Source: Eledone cirrhosa (Eukaryota). From it: DNA of 64,000 nucleotides. The DNA is taken from positions 124,001 through 188,000 of the forward strand of contig OZ024754.1 in assembly GCA_964016885.1 (NCBI GenBank). Reading direction: 5' to 3'. Made by a program: the position numbers and the translations under genes. The notes under the pieces are model-generated. The model did not search any database and was not told where the DNA came from. It saw only the letters and a program-made list of their open reading frames with translations. Of this stretch, positions 1-15,568 are shown one piece after another. Positions within the stretch are counted from its first letter, which is position 1. Every line of letters begins with the position of its first letter.

Positions 1-470
1 TAAATTTATGGTGTCAACTATTACATGGAGGTTAATTTGGCATGGTTTGAAATTCAAGTTAAAACCCAAAGTACCGCATCAGTAGCAGAAGCCTAACTGA
101 CCGCTAAACAAATAAAAACAAAAACACAAGGAATTACAGTAATATTACCGATTCTATGTATCAAAACACAGGTGTTAGTAAATCAATCCACTATATTATT
201 TTCCGTCGTTTAGTTTAATAATCAGGCAGAAAGTTGTTTTGTTGACAGTTGGTTTGAGATGGAGAGGTGTGAGGAGGGAGAGGCCTGCTTCCTACACCCC
301 CAAAACAAATATATAGTGAGAGTGAGTGAAAGAGAGAGAGACAGACAGAGACAGAGAAAGCATGTTTGAAATGACCGAATTGAGTATTATTGTCGCATAC
401 CATCTACCATTCTTATCTTTAAGTTATTTACTCCCTGGCCATGTTGCTGTTTACACACACACTTTCACAC

Positions 471-471
<1 letters not shown>

Positions 472-553
<82 letters not shown>
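472..553. repeat. (CA)n microsatellite
   Basis: Pure ac/ca run. Confidence 0.95.
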
Positions 554-554
<1 letters not shown>

Positions 555-1364
555 TTATATATATATATGCAGCAGACAACTGCATTGCAGGTTCTGTACA
601 TAGTTTATTGAATTTATTTCGTTATGTCGTTTGAACAATTATTGATTTCTTCCAAGGAAATGTACATAGTTGATGAACATACAAGCGTTTCTCTCAGCAT
701 CAGTTTGGTGTACAGTTTGGTGTACGTGCTGTTATGGACTGGAAGTTGGCCAGCCCCTGATGGGCCACCCTCTCCCCGGTGGTCCCCACAACCACCTTCC
801 TGATGGCCCACACCACCGCCCTCAAATATGTTTACCCTCCATCAGTGAACTTGCTGGAACCTGCACCAAGTTGGAAGGAATGACAAGTTAACTAAACAAA
901 ATCGTGTAATGGCCGAGGAAACTAAATGGTCTGAAATATAACGACAGCTAACAATGTGTAGTAATACTGAAAACATGTCATTATGTGGAGGTAGACCATG
1001 AATATAACCTCCGTCCCTCATTCCCTCTTATTCTATACAATACGAACCCTTCATAGAAATATGCTTAATATTTGTTTAATATTTATTGTCATTTATCGAT
1101 TATGGATATTCCACATGGGATATCGAATATCTAATAAGAGATATTGCACGTAATAACCTCAAATTTGAAATGATTTCACATGAATATAAAATTACGCGTT
1201 TTTGTTCATAGGTATAGATGTACCCAAGTATGTGTGTGCTTACACACATAAACACACACACACGCACACACATATATAAGTATATGCATGTAACACACAC
1301 ACACATACATAGATATACATACATATACATACATATATATATATAGCCTTATTGGTTTTAAAAA

Positions 1365-2990
<1,626 letters not shown>

Positions 2991-3495
2991 TAAACAGACG
3001 CAAACACGCACACGTGCAGATGCACGCATATATATATTATATATATAATATATATAAAACAATTACACATTCTCCACGTAATTCAATACTGTACTGTATG
3101 ACCTGACAGTTGAGATCATATGCTACAATATCTTATATTAGATATAACAACGATAACAAAGAACCAGCGAATAACAACAACAACAACAACAACAATATCA
3201 TTAACAATAACAATATAGCAATAACAATTGTTTACATCATCGACAACAACAACATAACAAAGGCAACAAAAACAACTAATCAACGAGGATAACATAAATT
3301 CTTCTTCTTCTTCTTCTTCTTTTTCTTCTTCTTTTTCTTCTTCTTGTTGTTTTGTTGTGAAGACGTAAGTACACCTCGCCCCGTAAGTTTTGGTTTATTT
3401 GGTTAATGTTTACACAACACTCATTGGTATATTTTTGTCCCAAACTGTCAATAAGGAGACCTTACATTGCCTTCTGAAAAGGTATGTCTACATAA

Positions 3496-4443
3496 TGATG
3501 GCGGTGGTGGTGGTGATGGAGATGATGACGGTGGTGGTGGTTGGGATGATGGTGGTGGTGGAGATGATGGCTATGGTGAGGAAGTTGATGGTAGCTGTAA
3601 GGTGATGATGGTGGAGGGGAAGGTGATGACAGCTGTATGGTGAGGGTGGTGGTGGGGAAAACATCAATAGTGACCTGCTGTAACAGCACCACCACCACCA
3701 CAACCACTACTACATCCACTACCACTACCACCACCACTACCACCATCACCACCACCACCACCGCCACAACCTCTACTTCCACCACCTCTATCATCACCAT
3801 CACTACTACTACCACCACCACTACCACCAGCACCACCACCAGCACTAGACAGCACCAGCACCAGTACCACCACCGACACCACCACCAGCACCGCCACCAC
3901 CACCACCAGCACTAGACAGCACCAGCATCAGTACCACCACCGACACCACCAGCACCGCCACCACCACCGCCACCACCACCACCACCACCACCACCACCAC
4001 CACCACCGACACCACCAGCACCAGCACCGACACCACCAGCACTAGTACCACCACCACCACCACCACCGACACCACCACCACCACCGACACCACCACCACC
4101 ACCGACACCACCAACACCACTACCAACACCACCACCACCACCGACACCACCACCACCACCACCGACACCACCAACACCACTACCAACACCACCACCACCA
4201 CCACCGACACCACCACCGACACCACCAACACCACTACCAACACCACCACCACCGACACCACCACCACCAGCACTAGTACCACCACCACCGACACCACCAC
4301 CACCACCGACACCACCAACACCACTACCAACACCACCACCACCACCGACACCACCAACACCACTACCAACACCACCACCACCACCGACACCACCAACACC
4401 ACTACCAACACCACCACCACCACCGACACCACCACCACCATCA
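3496..4443. repeat. (GGT/GAT)n tract followed by complementary (ACC/CAC)n tract
   Basis: GGT-rich at 3496-3656 and CAC-rich at 3686-4443, with internal units such as accgacaccaccaacaccactaccaac. Confidence 0.9.
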
Positions 4444-4577
4444 TCAAAGGAACAGAAATGAAAAAAACAAACGCTGGTGTTTTACAGAGCCAGACGACTA
4501 CGTCATTAAACCTCTGACCAATGGCGGCGTCATACAAAACAGGTAGATGAATCACACATACATAGCACTTACCTGTC

Positions 4578-5068
4578 TCCCTACCTACCCACCTCCCTAC
4601 CTACCTCCCTACCTACCTACCTCTCTACCTACCTCCCTACCTATCTACCTTCCTCCCTACCTACCTTCCTCCCTACCTACCTCCCTACCTACCTACCTCC
4701 CTACCTACCTCCCTACCTATCTACCTTCCTCCCTACCTACCTCCCTACCTATCTACCTCCCTACCTACCTACCTCCCTACCTACCTACCTCCCTACCTAC
4801 CTACCTCCCTACCTACCTCCCTACCTATCTACCTTCCTCCCTACCTACCTACCTCCCTACCTACCTACCTCCCTACCTACCTCCCTACCTACCTACCTCC
4901 CTACCTACCTACCTCCCTACCTACCTCCCTACCTACCTCCCTACCTATCTACCTTCCTCCCTACCTACCTACCTCCCTACCTACCTACCTCCCTACCTAC
5001 CTACCTCCCTACCTACCTACCTCCCTACCTACCTCCCTACCTACCTCCCTACCTATCTACCTTCCTAC
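4578..5068. repeat. (CCTA/CCTC) tetranucleotide-derived array
   Basis: Repeating ctacctccctacctac; explains the PTYL ORF. Confidence 0.95.
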
Positions 5069-5416
5069 TAAACGACCTACCTGGCTGCCTGCCTGGGTTG
5101 TTTAACAGTTAATTACATAGTCGCCGACACACACACACGCTCACAGACTCACACACGCTCACAGACTCACACACACGGTCTCAGACCCAGAGACACACAC
5201 ACATGTGTATATATATGTTTAAAAACAACACATATATATGTGTGTGTGTATAAGGGAGAGTTACACAGACATAAAAGAACATTCACAAATGCAATTTAAT
5301 GAATTGATCGTAGTAGACTCATTGAAGAAAAACACGACGATAGACGATAGACTCATACATACACACGTGCACACACATGCATACACACACTTACGTATGT
5401 ATAAAATATATTACAC

Positions 5417-5478
<62 letters not shown>

Positions 5479-5640
5479 TTCATATAGCTTTTGCATCCGT
5501 GGACGCATGTAGAACTTAAAACAAAAACTAATGTACTCATATATATATTATATATCATATTATATATATATATATACATATATATATATAGATATATATA
5601 TATGAGAATAAACGTGCTGCGGAGTTGCAAATGGATTACA

Positions 5641-5714
5641 TATGAATAAAGTGGTCCTTCATCAGTGATCTTCCAACCATCATCGGTATTTATCACTGAT
5701 GAAGGACCACTTTA

Positions 5715-5720
<6 letters not shown>
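5641..5720. mobile_element. Fold-back PLE-like terminal fragment with partial HHR core, ending in (TA)n
   Basis: Perfect 29-bp inverted repeat: tatgaataaagtggtccttcatcagtgat (5641-5669) / atcactgatgaaggaccactttattcata (5692-5720). Contains CTGATGA. Confidence 0.6.
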
Positions 5721-5790
<70 letters not shown>

Positions 5791-5844
5791 TGGAAGCTTA
5801 GTAAAATCGAAGCTTTGGCTGTGGGCAAGCAAAGTCGACCTACA

Positions 5845-5879
<35 letters not shown>

Positions 5880-5882
<3 letters not shown>

Positions 5883-6052
5883 AAATGAATTGTAGTAAGG
5901 AACCAGATGGACCATAACGCACTAGAGTACTCAATACTTAGGGTAGTAGAGTGGGAAATAGGAAAAAGTATGACCCCGTCGGCAGAGCTCAAGCCGTTTC
6001 TAGCCGTCGAAACGGCTTGAGCTTTGCCGTCGGGGGTCATACTTTTTCCTAT
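5880..6052. mobile_element. PLE-like terminal fragment family A, fold-back copy between (TA)n tracts
   Basis: ~43-bp inverted arms at 5958-6000 / 6009-6052. Homologous to 20750-20873 and 35670-35806. Confidence 0.65.
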
Positions 6053-7611
6053 ATATATATATAAATTCATTTCTGTCTTGAGCCCAGATCTGATCAGGCC
6101 GATGCTTATCCCGTTTATCCTAGTGTGAAGTGGTGGAGAGTACCTGACACTTCTCTGGACAGGACGCCAGTCCATTGCACGGTTAAACTCCCAACTATTG
6201 TTGTTAGTCATTTTCACCTGAGTATACTGTGTTTAAATGCATGTGTGTACGTATGTCTGTGTGTGTTTATCGACCGGTCTCCATTTATATAACAAATGCA
6301 AGTCAGGAAATCTGTATATATATATATGTAGTAGTAGTAGTAGTGAAACACCAACCGCCAGTCAGCAGCCCCTCTATGATAAAGACATGCAACAGTGACT
6401 ATCATGTATGTGAATCACCCAACCTCCTGCAGACACTCTAATACTATATGATCCAATGTTCTTTCTTTGGTAGGGCTGTAAGGTGTGATTTCAGGGACAT
6501 TTACCTGCTATTTCTTGCAGTTTCAGTCCATATTTGATTCAATGTGTGTGGGTGTGCCTGTTTATATGTGTGTATGTGTGTATTTGTATGTGCGTGGAAG
6601 ATTCTGTCTGGCGATTTTTATATATATAACTTAGTTCTGATCATGGGAGTGAGTATGTACTACGAATACCGCGCACACGTGTACACACACACACACACAC
6701 CACACACCACACACACACCACACACACCATACACACCACACACACACACACACACGCGCGTACCTACATCCATCATAAAATAAATTCATAAATCATACAT
6801 ACATATATACAGAGCAAGGAGTTATGTTTCATATATATAACACATCCTCTTCCTCAACATCAATAAAGTAGAATAAAATGAAATAAATTGAAACCAAGTG
6901 AGGTATTACATGGCTGTGTAAGATTAAATGGTTCTAGGTTCGATACCAGTAAGTGGAGCTTTATCGTTTACCAGATCCTCGGGTTGACTCAAACTTGGAG
7001 TGAGAAGTTGGGTAGATAGAAAGTGTTTGGGGACCTGTCGAAGGGATTACTGTTCCTTCTTTTTTTTAGGGGGAGGGGGTAGATTTAATTCATTGCCTGA
7101 CTTTAGCGGAGTTCCTTCTGATGAAATCATTCGGGGATGACCACAGCTTCGATCTAAGTAATAAAAAAAAGAAATAGATAGATAAATAAAATATAAATGA
7201 AACGAAACTCCTAAAATATTGTAGTCAGGTCTTTGACTATTTGTTTTCAATGTTGGGTTTGAATTGGATGGTGAGGGGTGTCGTTATATTCCTTTGTTAT
7301 GGACATGCTTGAGTGAATATAATAGATGGGTTTGGGTGTGATTCACCTTTGCTTTGTCATGGGGGGGACTTAGAGACATAAATTGTGTACAATATTCCCT
7401 GGAGTGAGAAAGGGACACAACGAGGTGGATATATGATTATATATTAAATCTGATGTCATTATATTTAACTTTATTATAGTTAAGATATTCAAACGTGTTA
7501 AAGTGATATATTTATGTAGGAAAAATGGAATATGTCAGTTCGTAATATATTGATATGAACAATGCAAGATAGCTATATGACGCTGTGATTGTAGACTACA
7601 AATGTTAAGGT

Positions 7612-7890
7612 ACGTGGCTTAGTGGTTAGGGTGTTCGGCTTACGATTGTATGGTTGTGAGTTTGATTTCCAGCAGCGCTTTTCTTTAGTCTATTCACCTA
7701 GAAAAGAAAGTTGTACGTGTAATTTAAAGTGGTAGGTCTTGTTATAATCTGTGTCAGGCTAACTTTCCCAGAGACCTACTTTAAAGGTTCTGTTCTGAGA
7801 AACGGTCAGACATTTACGCATTAATTTCATGAGCAGATTGTTCCGCTGATTGAATCAATTGGAAAACTCATCGTCGATACCGATGGAGGT
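7612..7890 (+). mobile_element. tRNA-derived SINE (decayed)
   Basis: A-box-like gtggcttagtggttag and B-box-like gagtttgatttcc. Body resembles 34280-34445, 37455-37770 and 53100-53250. Confidence 0.65.
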
Positions 7891-7902
7891 TCAATACATC
7901 CA

Positions 7903-8247
7903 TCATCAGGTCGAGCTTGCTCGGCTTTCTACGACACGTTTCTTCCATCCATCTCTGTCTCTCATAGCGTTTGCCAGTTCTTCCGCAGTGCATCCACCAG
8001 CATCGTCCTCAAGTTGCTTGACGTATATCTTCTTGGGACGACCAGCGTTTCTTGCTCCATGAGATGGACTCCATAACAACACATCACCTGCTATTTCTTC
8101 CTTGCTGCGCCAACAGTGGCCAGCAAATCAGAGCTGCTGTGGAATCTGTGCTTGTTAATGGCTCTATCACTTGGACGCTAACGTCGAAACTGGAGAAAAA
8201 GCTAGATGGGGGCATACACACGTATGCTCCGTGCTGCTTTAAACGTG
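7903..8247 (-). mobile_element. RTE-clade LINE 3' end with inverted 5' segment and 12-bp TSD
   Basis: Minus 8127->7903 reads FAGHCWRSKEEIAGDVLLWSPSHGARNAGRPKKIYVKQLEDD...MRDRDGWKKRV plus a tga tail. Plus 8128-8247 reads RAAVESVLVNGSITWTLTSKLEKKLDG/.TRMLRAALNV (frameshifted). TSD tcaatacatcca at 7891-7902 and 8248-8259. Confidence 0.9.
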
Positions 8248-9575
8248 TCAATACATCCAATACTATAATTGTATTACGTTGCGGTTATATATTGAACACA
8301 GACCTGTGCTATGGAGATAAATATTTACTTTCAATGGGAAGTTCTAGGACACTACTTACATCATTTCTCATTCTTGTCTCATAAATCTTACACCCGCAAT
8401 AAATCGTTTTAATATGTATAGTACTGTTCACTTTCGATTGGAGACTTCGCAGTCATTTCGTTAACTTTCTTCAATTCATTTCTGAAGAGCCCTCACTAAT
8501 TACTAGTACTGCCTGGATGTATATACGAAACAACTCCTTACTTTCGTTGCCAATGTTTTTTTTTGTTTTTTTTAAAAACTTATTTTTCCTTTGCTAGAAA
8601 AGTAGAAAAGTTCACCTTCAACATCAATTTATTTCACTTTCTTTACTTTGTATTATTTACCATTTAACTAATTTTTCACAATTCACCACTTATTGCCATC
8701 CCCCAGCTCAATTGGTTTACCATTCATCCATTTCTTCTAATGTAAATTTACTGTATATATATATAAGTAAATATGCGTGTGTGTATCAGCATGTAGATAA
8801 ACATAATTGTACATTTACCTCTGTGTACAAGAATACGTTACAATGACAAACACCATTCATTTATATGTTAGGCGCGTATATATAATATATATTGGTAGCT
8901 AGGTGAATGCGCACATACTCAAGTACTTTCGTTGATAGTCAATGGCACAGACGTAAATACGCAGATACACAAACGCACACATACGTCAACACATAAACAG
9001 GTAGTCACCCCACTCCCACCCCTCGTTCTCAGTCACCCTCTCTGATTCTTACACATACAGCTACACACACATATGCACATGATAGATATATTGACACAGT
9101 CGTAATTAGTTCCACAATACAAATGTATTAACGTTGAGTCATAATCACACGGTACGATGTAGTATTTAAGAGAGAAATAACAATGGAGTCAGACTGACAT
9201 ACTGACAGACCGGTAGTCTAGTCGACAGTGAGATTGACACATTGTTGACGGCTCTCACACACATACATTATATATATATATATATATATATATATCTGTG
9301 TGTGTGTGTGTATAATATATATATGTATATAGATATAAATATTTATAAATTCTTTATTATCTTCGCCAATCTCGGCAGGATTTGAACTCAGAATACAGGG
9401 AACAAGAACAATGTGGCACACACATTCTATCCGACGCTCTAACGACTCTGACAATTGTCTCTACTTAAGTTAGAAATTGTTAAAAATACTGTCTCGAAAC
9501 TTGAGGTTGATCCGAGAAGACGTGGTACAGTTTTTGTTGGCGTTAAGCAATTCAGCTTTGAATACCTCCACATGT

Positions 9576-9613
<38 letters not shown>

Positions 9614-9806
9614 AGAGAGGGGGGGGGGAGACAGAGAGAGGCGAGAGAGGGGGCGAGAGAGATTAATATAGGGAGAGAGGGGGGGGGGAGACAGAGAGAG
9701 GCGAGAGAGGGGGCGAGAGAGATTAATAGAGAGATTCCACATGGACAGGACACCAGTTGCTGGTAACTATTTGGGGATGAGGGTGGTGGATTAACTTGGA
9801 AGTGTT

Positions 9807-9862
<56 letters not shown>

Positions 9863-10000
9863 TGAGAGAGAGAGAGAGATTGCCTAATCCTTTAAGCATT
9901 TATATAGACAGCTATCAATATCCAATATACTCAACAACGTACGGACCAACCCTATGTATATAGAGGTCAACTTCCTAACCTACTAGCCTACTTTCCTATC

Positions 10001-10044
<44 letters not shown>

Positions 10045-10499
10045 CGAGAGAGAGAGAGAAATACATATATCTATCATATCAACCTGCTTAAAATAGCTGC
10101 CAAATCCTACTTATATAAGAGAAAAATAAGAAAGGGCCACTGAAGTCGGAGTCACCACTAAAGTATGAAATGGTCAAGGCGGGAATTTATTTGATCATAT
10201 GTTTGCTCTAGCAGATTTAATCTGGGACTAAATAAGAACACTCTCAGTTTACTCTGCAATCCACCTTCCTCTCTGCTCTCTACCTACCTGTCTATCTACC
10301 TACCTGTCTATCTACCTACCTGTCTACCTACATATCTGCCCACATACCTACATGTCTAACATACTTAGCCATACCACACCATCCCTCTACCCCACCTGTA
10401 CCCAGCTACTACGTTTACAAAATTTATCTTAACTGCATAACTAAGATAGTTATGTCAGGAATGTCACGTACAGATATATATGTGTGTGTGTGTTGTGTA

Positions 10500-10532
<33 letters not shown>

Positions 10533-10774
10533 TGTGTGTGTGTTGTGTGTGTATTGTGTGTGTGGGTGTGTTGTGTGTGTGTTAATGCTTACATAACTAT
10601 ATGAATAGGTGTATAGAGCTAGGCGAGTGTGTACGCACACACATACGTATGGTTATATGAGAATGTGCTGGTGTATATATATTATATAGGCTTATAGACA
10701 TGTGAATGTTTATTCGTGTGTTAATAATTAGTATAGCTATGTCAGTACATCAGTGCATATGCCCGTCACGGAAC

Positions 10775-10856
<82 letters not shown>

Positions 10857-10959
10857 CTATGTATATACATACATACATTAATGTGTGTTTATATATATAT
10901 ATATAAACTTTAATCTGTTATTTTAATAAATCTCTCTCTCTCTCTCTCTCCCTCTCTAT

Positions 10960-11070
10960 ATATGTTCCCGTGTTAATACGTTGGTAGAGTATAGCATCTT
11001 TATTCCATATAGAAATGACAGCTACAGGACTAGAACTGTTTCATTTGTATGTAGACATCTTCAGTTCTGG
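10960..11070 (-). mobile_element. PLE-like terminal fragment family B with degenerate HHR (CTGAAGA...GAAACAGTTCTA)
   Basis: Reverse complement reads cagaactgaagatg...gaaacagttctagtcctgtag. Homologous to 15330-15462 and 38745-38915. Confidence 0.6.
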
Positions 11071-11261
11071 GGAAGAAGGATTAGATTAAATGTTTAATGA
11101 ATGATGTGGGAGAAAGGACATGTAAGAATGTGGTATATAACCTCCTCGGACAGAGAAACAGGTTCCATTGTAGGAATTGTAGTTATTTCTCAGAGAAAAG
11201 AATGAGTTTGTGAATCTGTCTTTATTTAGCCACAGTTAGCCACTGAATAAGCAGATCTACA

Positions 11262-11460
11262 ATGGTTTCTGATTTAGGCACAAGGCCATCAATTATTTGA
11301 GGATGGAGAAAATCAGTTAAATCAACCCCAGTGCGTTACTGGTACTTTTTTTATCGACCCAGTAAGGATGCAAAGCAAAACTAACCTTTGCAGGATTTGA
11401 ACTCACAACGTAGAAAGTCGTAACTAAATACCGCAAAGCACATTGTTCGACGCTCCTTTT
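11262..11460 (-). mobile_element. Octopus-type SINE (older copy)
   Basis: ggcacaaggcc...ctggtacttttttatcgacccagtaaggatg...ggatttgaactca matches the family at 20897-21081. Confidence 0.8.
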
Positions 11461-11729
11461 ATTATAGATTCTATAATAAAAGACGTTCAAGCGTGGGAAG
11501 ATAAACTTATCAAACAAAAACTAAAAAATATGTGAAACAGTTCAACTTGGAAGATATGTTATTAAAAACATCCCTAGCTAAAAGTGTGCAACGGGGAAGT
11601 CACCTTCCAAGATGAAGGAAATGGTAATCCTGACAGTCCTTCGCCTTCAAAAGTTGGTAATCTTGAGAGCCCTTAGCTTTCGAAGCGGCAGTGATGACCT
11701 TTCGCATATAGTCAGCATAATTATCTGTA

Positions 11730-11820
11730 CTACGAAGGCCGGCTGAAAAATTCAGAGGCTGACCAAGATATTCTCATGGAATGACCCAATAAGGTATATT
11801 TTTTAACATAGTCCCTGGAA
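11730..11820 (+). mobile_element. Mariner-like MITE terminus (partial)
   Basis: TA-cgaaggccggctgaaaaattcagaggctgacc; a similar end lies at ~13003-13040. Confidence 0.45.
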
Positions 11821-12129
11821 AGAAACAATGCAGTTACTAATAAGAAGAATTGAAATTAATCAGCATATCTCTCATAATGAACATCACCACCATTAACACC
11901 ACCACCACCACCAGAACAACAACAACAACGACAACAGAAATAACGCCAAAACAACTCTAATAACTACAATAACAACAGGCAACAAGAGAAGCAAGCCTAA
12001 TATATGAACCTAATAACGTTTACACATTCTATAATTTAATTAGCTGTTGTTTGGTTAATTAGTTAATTAACTGATTTTGTCAGCACATACTTGAGTTAAT
12101 CAGGCTTGGCTACATCCACTTAACTACAC

Positions 12130-12720
12130 TACATCTTACACCTCCATTTTATGATATCTTTAACGATTAAATACTCAATTAACCACACTCTTATTCCTGT
12201 CACTAACGACTTTTCATTAACAACCATCGAACATATTTCCCTTCCCCGAGTGGAAAGATATCCACAGGTACAACAGGGTTTATTATCAAACCGTGATGTA
12301 CACGCTATACACTCATAAACAACAGATACAAATAAATACATTTGAACTTATCAATGTCTCTGAAGATAAGTCTGGATATATCCTAATATGTGATCGATAA
12401 GGAGTCAGACAAAGTGGTTTGTAGCATATAGTTTGGGTCGTTTACGTTCTGAGTTCAAATCTTATTCGTAAACTACTGTGTATACACATTATAGATACAC
12501 ATTAAAAATATATTGGGATATATCCAGACTACATTGGTTCGGTCGAATGTTCAAGATAATTATATTATATTCTTTCATGTTCTGTCTTCTCTCTAACGCG
12601 GAACTTGTTTATTAATAGTTACAGCGATATTTCGATAAAACTTGTGAAACATAAGACATTGAAACAGTTTTAATAGCTTTAATCTGTTTTATCGTTAAAT
12701 TTTATGTATTCATAAAATAA
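12130..12720 (+). mobile_element. Decayed PLE 3' region interrupted by a SINE head fragment
   Basis: Weak endonuclease-like peptide (HTLIPVTNDFSLTTIEHI), ctgaagat at ~12360, inverted arms at 12369-12388 / 12511-12530, gaaacagttt at ~12661. SINE piece at ~12405-12462. Confidence 0.4.
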
Positions 12721-15050
12721 CATCGATGAGAGGAGATATGTCACCTGCCTTTCAGTACGACTCCAATCTGTCACGGGCGCTATTCCATCGTTGTTGAGTA
12801 TGTTTCATTGTAATCTGTGTAATAAGACTGGAAGGTTCCTTAGGAAGTAATAGAAAGCCTCCCATTAAGTGATAGCACTGTCATTGAATCCTATAAGCTA
12901 TACAGAACAAACCTGTCATGTTCCTATCAGTTCCGAATTATGTAATTTGAAATATTGAATGATATTTTAGAAAGAAGCACTGTTAGCGTCTAACTTCTTA
13001 TGTACGAGAATGGGCTGAACAGTTCATAGACTGACTAAGAAGGGGAGATGTTAAATATGCAACAATTACCTGATATATTGTTTCTTTCTTTTTTAATCTA
13101 CAAATTAATTGATAAAAACACATTCATTTATTAACCAGCAAAGTTTGAGCAGTAATGATAATTATATAGACTAATTAGAGGAGAGCGGAGTTTTGTGAGG
13201 TGACATACACATGATACACCGGACTGAGTTTAAATCCACAACGAAGGTCAGGTCACCTGATAAGTGACTTGCAACTAGCGTGTCTTTGCATATGTTTATT
13301 CTTTAGTTTCGCTTTATATAAAACGGTTGGATAACTGGACCTTGGAATCTCCCTAAATACCCGATTTTATTGAATATTGTATTCAATAAAACCAGGTATT
13401 TACATGTTGTTACTGTAAATAATCTGTAATTCCTTTCAATACTCCAACATTTAACTGTTGGAAAACTCTGCATTCACTTTGTGCTGTCGTGTCATACAGA
13501 ACTTATGGAAATAGTGTCGTGTTCACATGTTATTCTTCTTTACATTTAGATGTCTTAATTAACTGACAGGTTGGATTCGATATGTAACTAAATAATAGCT
13601 ACCTAATCACGTGCAAAGCATAAAGCAACCAACATTAACATATCAATGATATGTTTACAACACAGTTTTATTCACAGTATATTAATAGTAATGTTATAAT
13701 AGATTGCGATCGTCGTTGTCTGTTTTCCATCCGTACGCTATTGGTTGAATGAAATTATATAACATAAAACATAAAATCTCAGCCGTCTTTCCAAATTTGA
13801 ATTTATTGTAATACCTATTAATGAGTTCTATTGTAGACACAAAACCTGCAATTTTTTTGGGGGGAGGGGGGGGGGGGTAGACGATTGTATCAACCCTGGT
13901 ATATGATTGGTACTTTATTTTATCGACCTCGGCAAAATTGATTTCTATGCTGCAAACATTTTCTCCAACGCTTTAAATATTCTACCGCCCTTGTCATACC
14001 TATTAATACCAGACCTCTCAACTCTCCCCCTTCAGTGGGGAGATCTCCCACCCACTGTTGGGGTGGGTGAGAGATGTCTTGCCTTGTGAAAATGAGTATA
14101 GCTTTCATTAAGTAAAATCTCTCCGTTTTGGGGCACCTTTTTTCATGGTACTCCCTGTTTGGGTTTTTAGAGGTTGGCAGGTCTGTAATACACGGGACTA
14201 TATAATCAAAGACATCGAAGGCATTTTGAAGGGCAATCTTGCTACACCCATTCAAAATCAATCCCAGAGTAAATTACTTTAGACGTTTATTCAATAAGGG
14301 TTCACAACAAACTGTTTATGTGAGTGAACATTGATGAAATGGTTGAAACTGGCTTTTTTTAAAAATGGGACTAAGAATAATTGAAAATCTATAAATCTAT
14401 AAATTTCCTTGATTTATTGAAACGAGGAAGTCATTGCGAGAAATATGTTATGGAGTCTATTCCTATATTTTGCACTTTTATTTCAAAAAAGTCTTCTTCT
14501 AAATTTGAGATTCCGTTTGTACAGAAAAAGAAAGAAAGAACGAATATAATTCTTCAACGCTTCTATTTGTTACCTGAAGCGTTTAAGAATTTACTGGGAC
14601 GAAGCTTAACCGATGATTTGCTCGTAAAATTGCTGTCACAGATAACAATTGTTATCCGAACTCATAAATCAACCACAGGAATGAACGATAAAAATATAAA
14701 TACACAAGCACTCTCTTCTATCTTTTATTCTCTGTATCTATATCTCTCTATCTCTCTTATTATTTCCATGATTACTTCACCTCTCTCTCTCTCTCTCCCT
14801 CCTTGCCTCACAGTCTCTATCTGTTTCTATTCCACTCTCTCTCTGATTTTCTCTTTCGTGTTCTTTCATATAGTTTAATGCAAATACAGAAATATATATG
14901 AAAAAGTCTAAAGATATCACTGCTTTATATTTTAAAAATATATATTATATATACCTTGTCACCACGATGGCAAATCTTAATAAAGTATTCGTTTCGTGCT
15001 TTCTGAATACAAGGTGGGCACACTCAGAAACAAATCACCTATATGTATAT

Positions 15051-15102
<52 letters not shown>

Positions 15103-15329
15103 ATCTATGTGTGTGTATATATATTTATGTGTTTGCATGTATATGTATGGCCCCGTAGTAGAGCAGCTGTGACATAGTATTAGGCATTTAAAAACCTGGC
15201 GGAGCTCATCCTCTATCCAGGTGTGAATACAGACGGTTTCTTCCCGAGAAACAGAGAGAGAGAAAGAGAGAAAGGGAGAGAGAGAGAGTACAGTGTTGAA
15301 CTGGTATTTGAACACAAAGAGCAGTATGA

Positions 15330-15462
15330 AATCAGAATGAAACAGATCTAGTCCTGTAGAAGGCAATTCTTTATATAATAAAGATGCCTATACTCTATCA
15401 ACGTATTGAGTACCTTTTATAACTGTTATTACCACCCGTCACAACTAAGGAATCTACATATT
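15330..15462 (+). mobile_element. PLE-like terminal fragment family B ending in (TA)n
   Basis: aatgaaacagatctagtcctgtag...tactctatcaacgtattgagtacctt is shared with 38797-38900. Confidence 0.6.
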
Positions 15463-15508
15463 ATATATATATATATATAGTTATGTAATAAACAACATAA
15501 GGCAATTA

Positions 15509-15568
15509 TTCCATTTACCAGTGGTTTCTTAAAAGCAAAAAATTTTGCTCTCAATCCTCAGAATGAAA
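15509..15568 (-). ncRNA. Type I hammerhead ribozyme, antisense twin
   Basis: Reverse complement of the left arm. Identical core; stem II reads UUGAGAGC (G-U wobble retained). Confidence 0.8.

Noticed and set aside
614-891. GC-richer segment with short ORFs on both strands
   Set aside because: Possibly a decayed LINE piece, but I cannot recognise a motif confidently.
7612-7680. tRNA-like A/B boxes (also ~50420 and ~63200)
   Set aside because: No cloverleaf; these are SINE heads.
13354-13402. 23-bp hairpin as a terminator or miRNA
   Set aside because: Eukaryotic context; more likely another decayed fold-back element end.
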